A DNA stretch of 64,000 nucleotides from Phoronis australis (lineage: Eukaryota > Animalia > Phoronida). A program made the translations under genes and the position numbers. The stretch is from positions 375,065-439,064 of the forward strand of contig NMRA01000360.1 of NCBI GenBank assembly GCA_002633005.1, written 5' to 3'. Positions 1 to 12,000 of the stretch are shown one piece after another; position 1 is the first letter of the stretch; every line of letters begins with the position of its first letter. Under the pieces are notes generated by a model. That model saw only the letters and a list, made by a program, of their open reading frames with translations. It made no database searches and had not been told where the DNA came from.

Positions 1-3000
1 CTCATCTGTCGCAACACTTACGAGCGGGAGATGTTCGACCGTGCGTCTAAGAAGCTTGGATTAGACAAGGCGGTCTTACAGTCGATGGGAGGCAAGGAGA
101 GCATCGGACAGGTAGGCATCATTGTCTCTGGGTTATCACGTTTAGTTCAGATGGATTGTAATGTCTGTCTTTTGATTGCATTTTATACATCAAAAAGTAC
201 AATCAGTCCATGTAACTAGTTGTTTTGGACTTTAATTTGCTCGTGTCTGTTTCGTAAACCAAGTTAGTGGGATTACCTGCTTTGCTTGTAATGCATCTTG
301 ATAATTGCAAAAAAAGTTGCTCAACAAACTTGGAAGAATCTAGTATTCCTGCTGAACACCGACCAGAACTATCCTGTACAAACTAATGCCTTGTCTTTAC
401 ATTTCCTATTATTATAATTTGTCGGTTTTCTGTCACCAGCAAAACCAGTTGTCCAAGAAGGAGGTTGAGGACCTACTGAAGAAGGGCGCCTACGGTGCGT
501 TGATGGAGGACGAGACGGCGGGCGACAAGTTCTGTGAGGAGGACATAGACCAGATCCTGCAGCGCAGGACGCAGGTCATACAGATAGAGTCTGTGGGCAA
601 GGGATCCACTTTCGCAAAGGTACGCTGGTGTAGAGTTGAAGTAGGAGTTGCGTGAATATCGTTAATCAAACTCTCTAGAGTAAGACTCTGGTAGGGTCCA
701 CTTAACCCATACTGTTGAGGGTGCAGCGTTACAGTTCATTAATTATTTGCCTGATCTTTCAACAACAGACGAGGTTAGATAGGGTCAAGTCAGTAGTTGG
801 CTTTGACAAAGCAACGCACTCAGTGAGGACTTGTGTAAAATTACATTGGTTTGGTCGTGGCATTAATCATGGCAAGGGTGCTCACTTTGTGTATGTGTTG
901 CGTTGTAATTGACCTGACCCTGGTGATGCTACCCAACGCCATTTACATAGGGATACCACTTGTAGGCTTTGCAAAATAACCGTTTCATTACCCTGTGTTA
1001 TGATGACTTGCCATGCTAATACCGAAAGTCGGGTGCCTGAGAATGTGTCTCGGCGTCACGGCTTGTTGAGTTCAACCTCAACTTCTCGCAGTGACGAGAA
1101 CTGAACACGGGTTATGCTTCTATTAGAACGTTTGGAAATAAGGATGAAGTGAAATGATTATTTGTGATTAGAGGCTCAGGTAGTGCTTAGGGATAGGTGT
1201 TACATCTGGTCTTTCTCTTTCAGGCGAGTTTTGCCCAGTCTGGCAACAGGTCAGATATTGACATTAATGACCCCAACTTCTGGCAGAAATGGGCCAAGAA
1301 AGCCGACATCGACGTCGACGCTCACAAGAAAAGGGTATTTAGCAGCTTATTTTTCAGCTGTTATTTAACGTCATCTGCTAGTCTGTTTAGGGATATTGTC
1401 TGAGACTTCTTGATAATGAAAACGTTTCGTGACCAAAATTGGTGGCNAAATGCACCCCTGAGCGGGGGGGCAAATGGCCAACTTGTTTCATATGCTCTTA
1501 TAAGGTCTATAGACTGTAAGTGGAAAGTAAGAGGAGCTCTCACGAACCATTTGAACCAAAAAGTGTTGAAAATAATGTAGAATGATGTAGTAACAAGCTT
1601 TGTGAGTTGCACTTAAACATTGAAATTATTCAAAATAGAGTTTATTGAATTGTGAAATATTAATAAACTGGTGATTTGTCAACTATAAGACTAACTTAAC
1701 CATTTGACCTCCTTAAGAACAACCTCATCATCGAGGAGCCCCGCATGCGCAAACAGACGGCGCGCTATGGCAACCAGGACGCGATGAACTTGTCGGAGCT
1801 GGAGTCGACAGAAGATAGCGATGAGGAGGAGTCAACGACCACTATGGTGACGAGGAAGAGGCGTGGTCGACGTAGGAAGCGCGACGACGACTTTGAAGGT
1901 TATGAGGCGGAGGAGGGCACGTTTGCACGGTCTGAGTGTTTCAAGGTGGAAAAGAATCTGCTCGTCTATGGGTAGGAAGGATTTTCCAACTTCTGTTTAT
2001 TCGTAATGGGATTGTGTGTGTATTTGTGTGCCCGTTAATGCCCAGGACGATTAGATTNCTCTTTGTGAGTTGCACTTAAACATTGAAATTATTCAAAATA
2101 GAGTTTATTGAATTGTGAAATGTTAATAAACTGGTGATTTGCCAACTATGAGATTTAACTTAACCTTTTCACCTCCTTAAGAACAACCTCATCATCGAGG
2201 AGCCCCGCATGCGCAAACAGACGGCGCGCTATGGCAACCAGGACGCGATGAACTTGTCGGAGCTGGAGTCGACGGAAGATAGCGATGAGGAGGAGACAGC
2301 GACCACTATGGTGACGAGGAAGAGGCGTGGTCGACGTAGGAAGCGCGACGACGACTTTGAAGGTTATGAGGCGGAGGAGGGCACGTTTGCACGGTCTGAG
2401 TGTTTCAAGGTGGAAAAGAATCTGCTCGTCTATGGGTAGGAGGGATTTTCCAACTTCTGTTTATTTGTAATGGGATTGTGTGTGTGTATTTGTGTGCCCG
2501 TTAATGCCCAGGACAATTAGATTAGGGAACTGAAAATTCAGGGTGTGGGCATTAAATCGAGCTGGAGTGTTAAAATATTTTTTGGAAATTATCGTTAGAG
2601 TTAAATGTGGATGGATGTAAAACCCAGCGTGGGCATTCAAAGGTAATCCTGGAAATTTTGAAAGTGGGTCTTAAGTTGAATATGGGCTGTAATCCAGATG
2701 AGTACAGTAACGTTTTCTGTTAAAAGATTTGGTTAATAATTCCTTGGCAGCGTGTGGCTAGTAAGTACATTTTAGTTATGAAAGTGTCATGTTTTTAATC
2801 CACCTCTTGTGTAGGTGGTGAACTGCATCAATTAAGCCGGCTACAAATGTTGTTATTTGTTAGTGACATACGATGCAGACATTATTTCACGAGTGCTTCG
2901 TCTGTTGTCTGCTGTCTTTGTTTTACAGTACACCACTCCGCACTTGTGTTACAAAATCTTTCTTGAGGGGAACTGTGTATTCCGCTGTTAGATTTTTTCC

Positions 3001-6000
3001 CAACAAATAGTGTTTTATTTGTTGAACGATGCCGTGCACCCTGATAAGGGCAGTTTATAAGTAGTAATGTTGCTGTTTTATTCATTAATTGTTTCGCATG
3101 TTTCTGTTACAGCTGGGGAAGATTTGATGACATTTTGACACACGGTCGCTTCAAGAAGAAGCTGTCCCTGGAAGATGTCCGCACTATCGCTCGAGCTCTG
3201 GTATGTGCTTTGGTAACGTGTAGATTCTGATCGCGTAATATGCAAATTGCCATGGTTGTTGCAATAACAGTATATTGTAAACATGTTGTTGCAGTAACAC
3301 TGTATTTTAAACATGTTGTTGCAGTAACACTATATTGTAAACATGTTGTTGCAGTAACACTATATTGTAAACATGTTGTTGCAGTAACACTGTATTGTAA
3401 ACATGTTGGGCTGAAGTACTGATCATTGGGTTGTGTGTCATGTGTTGGCATGTCTTGTGTTCCAGCTGCTGTATTCACTGAGGCAGTACAAAGGGGACGA
3501 GAAGATCAAGAGTTTCATCTGGGATCTGGTGGCCAGTGCTAATGGCTCAGAGGAGGGGCTTGTTAACCACGCAGGTGGGTAGACTAGGATCTGCACTGTT
3601 CTTAGCTGGGATGGGTGATCATAGTGCCAGTGGTGGGCACTGGTGTAATGCACTTAAATTTGTTACTGTGTAGTTTGTTCTGCTGCATTGAAAGTGATAT
3701 ACGTGCCAAAAAAGAGAACCTAATGGTGGTTTGTTAGCGCGTGCGAATGAGACACTTGGCATAAAAATGAGTACTAGAAGTTACAGTTTTATCGGCTAAG
3801 TATAGTATGTCAATTTGAAGTCTCTATGAGATTTTTCAACATGTTATGGATGAAGTGTGCCCTGCATAAAACACAGTCTGTTTTATTTCAAATGTACATA
3901 ATAAATGCATGCCATTTGCCAGTTGTTACATACTTTACCTTGTTGCAGGTCTGTCTGCGCCCGTGCCCCGGGGCAGGAAGACCAAGAACAAAGTGCCAAA
4001 AGACCCCAAGGTGTCCCGCCTGCCCCAGGACGATGAGATGGTGCAGCTGGCGCGACTCGACCCAGACGTGATACTCGCTGATGACGGGTACAAGAAACAC
4101 CTGCATAGACATGCCAACAAGTAAGGGCAAACAGTATTTTGTTCAGTGCATTTGGTGTTCAGTGTAGATAGACTTACCGTATTCGCCCTAATAAACGCCC
4201 AGGGCGCTTAGAAAAATTCGCTTCAGGAAGGGGGCCAAAAGTGGTTGAAACCCAGTCTCCGAAACAGGTGAAATCATAAGCTGGAATTCATCAAATTTAC
4301 ACTCTTGTGACACATCTGTGAGCTATGACTGTTTCTACAAAATTGCAGTGCATTGCTATCAAACTTTGTTGTTAAATTATGAGCATTTTTCAGAAAATCC
4401 CAGTGCAAAAACTCGCCGACTGATGAGTCGCTGCCTCGCGATCGCCGATAGGCCAATTTGAATTGTTGAGTAAAAATATGGTTTCGACTCTACAGATTAC
4501 CTGAAGTCCTCCTTAAATTTTCAAAATAGCGTCCCTAACATTTTTAAGTTCCTGTGGAGTCGGGATTAACTGCAGATTAAATTCAAATCTGCGTTAGATC
4601 ATACTCCGCAACACGAGAAAAATCTTTTGACAGACACACATCTTGTTGTCACGTGATGTCTGTTTTGAAGGTTATCTGCATGTGTGAGTGAGCGAGCGCG
4701 TGCGTGTCATCACAGTTCATTTGCCAGAGTAAACGCCATGTAACGATCTAGATGTGCAACTAAAGAAATTAACACAAGCAGTAAAGCAGAATGTGTTTTA
4801 TTTAGCACTTCTTGAACTCATCCTCTAAAAAATGTTGGAGAATTGTCTCTGTGAGGCCAATATTGAGTCGCCGGTGACTGGATGCGTGACAGTCTAACAG
4901 TTATTTTTCGGGAGATTCAGTGGGTGTAAAAGCGCGGATGTGTTCAATATCAGTAAGTCATTTTGACTTTAAAAACACCAATTACGATTAATTTAATAAT
5001 TCCTCCTAAAAATAACTCAAAAGTTTTTTATGGTATTAGAAACTTTTAGAAATAAGTGCCAGTATTTATTTCTTGACCGATGCTATGTTACCCATTTCAT
5101 GAATAGATAGTTCCCAACGATTAATCTTTGATGAAAGGTACTTGTATGTAGCGCGCTCGTGCTAGCCACGGGCTTTTGACAAAGGTCAAGTTTTTATTAG
5201 TCTTCGATTCGCGGTTTTCACGTGTACAAAGAAATTTGGATTCCTGTTGAGGGAGAACATCTGATCGGGAAAGACACAATACAATCCCTTTGACAAATAC
5301 GCTGCGTGTGTTCTGAAAGGCCAGACCTTAACAGCACACGTCACTCGCAAGATCAGCAAAACCTTTGCGTTCTTTTTGAAGCACAGCGGAAGTTTGAAGT
5401 GTATAGTCACGGCTAAATACCGCCATATCGAAGAGGCTCGTGGTCTACAAATTCTGCGCACAATGATTTTTTCAGGACTGTCGGATCTTATTGATAAATT
5501 GAAGACATTACTGTAGAATTTTTGAACTGTAGGTAAGGCATTTTTCGCATGTACATGGCGTTCATAGACTAGGCGCTTATTTTAGCAAAGTCTGAAAACG
5601 CGTGGGGGCACTTATAGGAGCACGGGCAGTTATTAGGGCAAATACGGTAAGTGTTCCATGGCATCAGTAACAGTGTCCAACAAGCTGGCACATTGAGTAG
5701 TTTTGAAATGTGAGTTGTCATTCAGGTTCCAAGGTTTGTGCTGGCTCGGTGGTTTATGACGTTGGGGTATCCGCTGAGTTTCTAGCTCCTGACCAATGTG
5801 CTGTCCTTTACAGGGTGTTGCTGCGTGTACGTTTGCTGTACTACCTCAAGCAGGAAGTGATTGGAGACCAGGCTGAGAAGGTCTTCCAGAATCTACCTGC
5901 AAGGTAATCCCTCACCGCATCTTACTTGTATGTGGTACACGCAAGTTCATGAAGTTTGCCGTGTGGATAAGCTTAGGATAGATGCAAGATTTTTCAACGT

Positions 6001-9000
6001 TGATCTGTTTTTCTGTATTATTTGACTAGTGGTGCTCACAAATTGTACCTGAAAGCATGTCGTAATAATCTGTGTTTAAAATACGGAACGTTAATGACGT
6101 CACACCATGCTGCTGCTATTTTTATTATTACGTGACAAAATATTGAATGTCATACGCGATATCTTTGGCACACCTGCTACTTTTCCAGGTGATTCAGTGC
6201 TCCACATAGTTTTCCATTATTGATATTCAGTACTGTTGGTTCCTCATCTCGTGTTGGTGCACTTCTTGAGAACACGTAATAATTGATTTTCCTTTTCTCG
6301 CAGTGAAATTGACATTCCTCCACCATGTCCTGAGCAAGACCCACCTACATTCTGGTGGAACGAGGAGGCTGATAAATCTCTTCTCATTGGTGTATTTAAA
6401 TACGGTAAGTTTGCTAATCAACTCGCCTTCACTAATTGACCTCTTGACAGCTGTGGAAGAGTGACGCTGAAGGTGTTTGTTGTCCTCTTGGGGCTCTGTG
6501 GTTAGATCAGGCACAGCAGTGGATGTGGGTGCTCTTGGAGGGCTTGGAATTTTCCTCTTTTAAGAGCATTTCCATTTTTTGGTTTGGATTTCCTATATCC
6601 AGTTTTCTCATTTTTGTCTCTTTTTTATCATTATTTCAACTTTATTCATGCATTACAACACAAAAAAATTCTATCACTCAAGCCTATTTGTGGAACGATA
6701 CATCATCTGGAAAATTTTCCTCTTTTGTCATTGGTCATTCCAAGCCCTGTAATTGACCTCTTGACCACTGTTGACGCAGAAGGTGCACCCTTTATTGTCC
6801 TTTTGAGGCTCTGTGGTTAGATCAGGCACAGCAGTGGATATGGGTGCTCTTGGAGAACAAATTTTTTCATTGGAACATTTTCTTCAAAGTTCAGTTGTTC
6901 ATCTCTGAAAATATATCAGAAAAAAAACCCTTTGAATGCAATAGTTATCCTTTACCATTACTGATGAGATTATTCGGTGAACAAATTGTTGTCTTTGGCT
7001 CTTTAAGATAATTGTCAACCTTTGTGAAGATATTCCATTTTTCGTTAAGTAGTGCATTCATTTACAATCACGTGACCAGCATTTTAGCGAGGTGGCGTCT
7101 TGTTGGGTCTATCTACCGTTTGTGTTCTGGTATGACTTCAGAGCCTTGTAATTAGGCACCTTCACAAAAGTGGGTAGGCCTATATCTAACATACATTCAT
7201 TAGCCCATGAACTTGTATCACAAACTTCTGCACTGGCCCTCAGGTTTATACCAGAGATGGTACAGTGTATAGTCTTAGACTCAATACATAGTGAACTGTA
7301 TCACAAATTTTCTATTTACTCTCAAACAACAGAGATAACAGTCTGGAAATTTGCTTTTTTAAAACAATAAATAATGAGCGAGCCTGTCGCTCCCTTGGGA
7401 CAAAGCCGCTGCCCCCCCCAAAAGGGGTCTCGGCTCTTGTATAATACCCATAATCATACCAAAAATATTGATGCAGCACCACAGTCAAATATGGTCACGT
7501 TGCAGTACATTGTTACCTTGGTTTATATTTAAAATATTGAACTTGAACTCGATACATGGAGCAAAAAGAAAACGCCAAAGTGGAACCACTGCCCAGGTTA
7601 AAATAACATTCTGTCTACCAAAATTCATCAATTGGTACATTTTAGAAATCTTTTTAATTTTAGTATGCTGGTAGCAGTCATATGACCTCATAAAATGGCA
7701 TTGGATGTGTAGGGTTGTGCTGTATTTGGGGTGTGGGGCTAGGGGACCTCACTCTGTCTCCCCCATATACTTAAGACTACATTTACATCCAAAGTCCTTT
7801 AATTATCAGGTTATTAATATGCATGGGAGTCTGATGATCATGAAAATCATATCTAATATGTTTGATTAAGACACACTGTTAAATTTGTTTTTGCAGGCTA
7901 TGAGAAATACAACTTGATCCGTCAAGACCCGGCGTTGATATTTCTTGCTAAGTGTGGTCCACCTGACGGCAAGGCGCTACTGGCGGAACAGAATGATGAG
8001 GATGACGAGTATGTGGAGATTTGTCACGTGACTTAAGCCCCATTTATATATGCATCGCTTTTACACCCGTATGTAAATATACACCATACGCAAATCTACA
8101 CCAAGGTGTAAATGTAAATTTACATCGCATTCGTATGGGAAAAAGAAAAGCAGTATTTGCTCTCAGTGCTCTCTACATGTCACAGCGAAGTCGACTCGGG
8201 CAACGTGCTAGAAAATAAAATAAAAGAACAATTGTCTTGAATCTGGGTAGCTCTGAGGCTCTGCTATCGATTCTTAGATGGAAAGTTTGGTATTTATTAA
8301 GAACAAACGAATGACTGGTGGCAAAACACATTTAAGTAATGAAAATATCTACGACTAAGGGTGGTTTGAAAATTGTCAAATGACATATGCCCTTCTATAA
8401 GCCTATTCATTTTGCTAAGTATTCCTCCACCGTATTACAAATGAATAAGATGCTCCACGTCAGAGGTTGGAGCCAAGTCGTATTGAATGCATCCAGGGTT
8501 TGGTTACCGCGTGTTTTCCTGTTCTCAGTGCCTACTTGAAATTAGCGCAGCCACAGCCGATTGCTTGATATGTTATGCTGTGCAGAATTTCCACAAGGTC
8601 ATCTCTTGGAAGGATATATTTTGAGATTTCCAATTACGGTGGTTTAGTAGTAGTGGTATTAATGGAAGTCTCGTATCAATGATCGCATCCGTAATCTTGT
8701 TCACGGTTTTTATTTCAACAACATGGTTCTAGTACTCCATTATTTTTTGGTGTGTGGTTGGCAGCAGCAACAGCAGCAGCAGCAGCAGCATTTCAATAAA
8801 AGACCAATGCATACCAAACCACATATGACAACAGAGGATCTTTTGGACGTTTAAAGGGAAGTGGTGTTGCTTTAAGGAAAGATGAGATAACTGAAATAAT
8901 TTCATAATGGCACTTTTAGCATTGTGATCTTACACCCGTACGTAAATTTAAATCGCGTTCATACGCGGCAGGTATATATTTGGTGGATGTTTGAACGTGT

Positions 9001-12000
9001 GTAAATTTACGTTTAGGCGTGTGTAAATTTACATATGACCTCTGGAGGTGGACAGGTGTAAGTATACACACGAGTGTAGCTTTGCACCGGGGTGTATTAG
9101 CGTTCATACGGCAAAAATACACACCACACATAAATATACGCTCGGATGTAAACACCATAGTATGAATGGGGCTTATTATCTCAAACGCTATGTGGTCAAT
9201 GAATCACGAGTTGTTTTGTTTCAAGTGTAGTCAGGCGTCAGAAACAACATGTTGGACTATTCCACTATGTATTTGTCTTTGTATCGGGCATATGTGTGAA
9301 GTGTCAAGTGGTTTTTGGAGGATTTGTACCGTAGACTTTGCAATATTGTACTTGCATTAGTAGGAGTGCATACAGTGAGGCCAGTGTCTTGTCAGTTGAG
9401 TACAAGTTCTCATGAGTAATATGTGTTGATGAATGTGCCCAGATGTGGGAATAAATCACTTGACAATCTGCAGGTGGTGCTGAACATTGTATATTCAGGC
9501 CTTAGTGAATTATTAATGCATGTCCTGTTTTTCATTTGGTAACTGTTTTAGTTTTCAGTCTACCAGACTTTATTACTGGCATGCTATAGAATTTTCTTCA
9601 ATTTTAATTTTCCTTATTTACAGTGATGAGGACCCTGAATTCAAGCCAGCCAATAGAAACCGGCTGTTCAAAGATGATCTCGAGGACCTGTCTGTAGACA
9701 GTCCTGCCTCTGAAATGACACCGACCAAAGTTCCACCAGCTATGGATACCTCCAGTGGTGAGTTATGAGGTGTAGCTTCATACTTGTGTTATTATCGGCT
9801 GGATGCGATGTTTTATTCTAGCCAGAACAAATTAAGAAGCGGTTTCAAAACTTCAGAACTGACAATTTCACACTTGTACCGCTCTTAATATGTGGGCCAG
9901 TGTTGCTCACCATATTTATGTGTCGAAAGTGGTGTGGCTGATAGTTTGGGTAACAGTCTGGTTCCATGTCCAGGCATTAGGTGGCGTTACCTGTACATGA
10001 TATTGTGTGACTTCATAGAGCAATTCGCTCACCAGTTCTTGCACGGATTAAAAGACACTTCATGTTTGGGCAGAGTAAATAATAGTAATTTTGGGCCCAG
10101 TTCCTAATTAGTCCAGTGAAAGGTTTGTTTTCTTTTGTACTGTTACTTAATACGTTTAGCTTCAACTTTCCTTGTTTTTGTCAGCTGACAACAGTGACAA
10201 GCTCCCCTGGCCGACACCGTCAGATCTCAACACTCGCTTAAGACGGGTTATCACTGGCTACCAGAAGAACCTTAAGAGACTGCAGCTTGAAAATGAGAAG
10301 AGAGCAAAGGTAAAACAAGTCTGTGCTGAAACAGATGAGGTTTTTGAGGTGGTGAAAGCTGCAGCTTTTGATAGATTATTATTTTGTGTATCGGGGTATT
10401 GAAACCCCAAACTATGTTTAAATCTTCTGAGAATATAGTGTCCATTCGTTAGAAGAGGTGGAATTTGACGTAGTTATCATTTACCTATGCTTGTCTTGTT
10501 TATAATATGCATTTGAAAGTAGTATTCTTTGATATATCGTCTGTGCATGCGCTGAGGATTTCCCCGTATATAAATGTCCAGTTCTAGAACGGGCATTTTA
10601 GAGAACTGTGCCTGTGTGTGCACATATAGTCACAACGTTGTGCTTTGTTTCAGAAAATGATGCGTCACGAGCGTGCCACTGCCGTGCTGCATGAGCGCGA
10701 ATTGCAACGACTGGAGCAGAAACAGCGGTGGACGCGACGCGAGGAGGCCGAGTTCTACCGCGTCGTCTCCACGTTCGGTGTCGAGTTTGACCCGCGTCAA
10801 CGGCTTTATACGTGGAACACGTTCCGCCGACTGGCACGTCTTGAGAGGAAGTGGGATGAGACACTGACTGAGTACTTCTTAGCGTTCTACTACATGTGCA
10901 AGAAAGTGTGTCATAAGGTCGACAAGGATGGTACGTGTTTATTTATGCGGTCAGTATTTACGTGTTAAAGCCTATCTTGAATGGTAACACCTGTAATTTT
11001 GGTTCTTACAGTATGTTGAGAGCATCGCTCTGAGCCCACTAGTGCCATAAATTGCCAAATGTAACGAACTGTTATACGTATTGGCTCGCTTTTGTATTGA
11101 TTTGCTTTTGTCTACATCACCGCGAGAATCACCTTTTAGTTTAAACAGCTGCGAATAACACCCGCACACAATGGTGTTCTGTTCAGACTCCTATTCAATA
11201 TAACTGTTATGGACCTTTTGTTGTTTGTTCTGGGATCTCGGTGTGACGCAACATGGCACGAAAAGGCAGCTTCGCCTATCATTTGACGGGCTTTCATTTG
11301 CTTGATTGAACTCGTGATTTCTCATTTACTAAGGCTTTGCTTGGACTATCTGGTTAGCCTAATACATCTAAAGTAACAAAATTCTGTTGAAGTTCGGCTT
11401 TAAGGCCACTTCCATGTCTGGTATGTGTGAAGGTGTAATTGGGTTTTTCTTTAAATGATTATACTATTCTGCTATATGAGATTTTTCTTGCCTGCGCCCA
11501 AAATTCAAGGTTGATGACACTTGACACCATGTGATGTTTGATCTCAAATATACTAACCTTTTAGTAGACCATATACCACTTTCTTATTCATTCTAAATTA
11601 AGACAAAAGTGATCTCCATGCTCCAGAAGAACTAGCAATATACGTACGGCTGAATTCAGTAAAGTGGATTTGCGGGTGATGAGTTGTATAGCTGCCAGCC
11701 AAATAAGAGATAGTCTCCTGTCTCACCTCTACACGGAGTTACTGTTGCGTGATTCCTGATGTGTGGAGATACGTCAACCTGTGAATGCACACGGTACTAT
11801 TTCAGAGCGCCCGCCCAACAATCTATACATAGAGGCGATCACGGAGGAGCGTGCCGCACGCTGCCTCGCTCGCATCGACCTGCTGAATGAGATTCGGGAG
11901 GAGGTGTTGTGGCACCCCAAGCTGGAGGAGCGTCTCAAGCTATGTCGCTCCTCTCTGGATCTGCCAGTTTGGTGGGTGAACGGGGAACATGACAAGGATC

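Noticed and set aside
1335-1717. U12-type intron suggested by TCCTTAAG near the acceptor
   Set aside because: The donor is GTATTTAG, not GTATCCTT, and the motif overlaps the AG itself.
1718-2435. Mutually exclusive duplicated CHD exons (also 11806/13132 and 15519/17293)
   Set aside because: Flanking introns are duplicated at near identity and every junction is a single N; one duplicate begins mid-exon. Haplotype artefact is more likely.
9930-10085. Possible H/ACA snoRNA around AGAGCA at 10017
   Set aside because: The 3' hairpin is weak and there is no clear ACA box, so it cannot be supported by eye.
11675-11759. Possible C/D snoRNA (GTGATGA...CTGA)
   Set aside because: Box C is destroyed in the other allele (GACTATGA), there is no good terminal stem, and no guide is recognisable.
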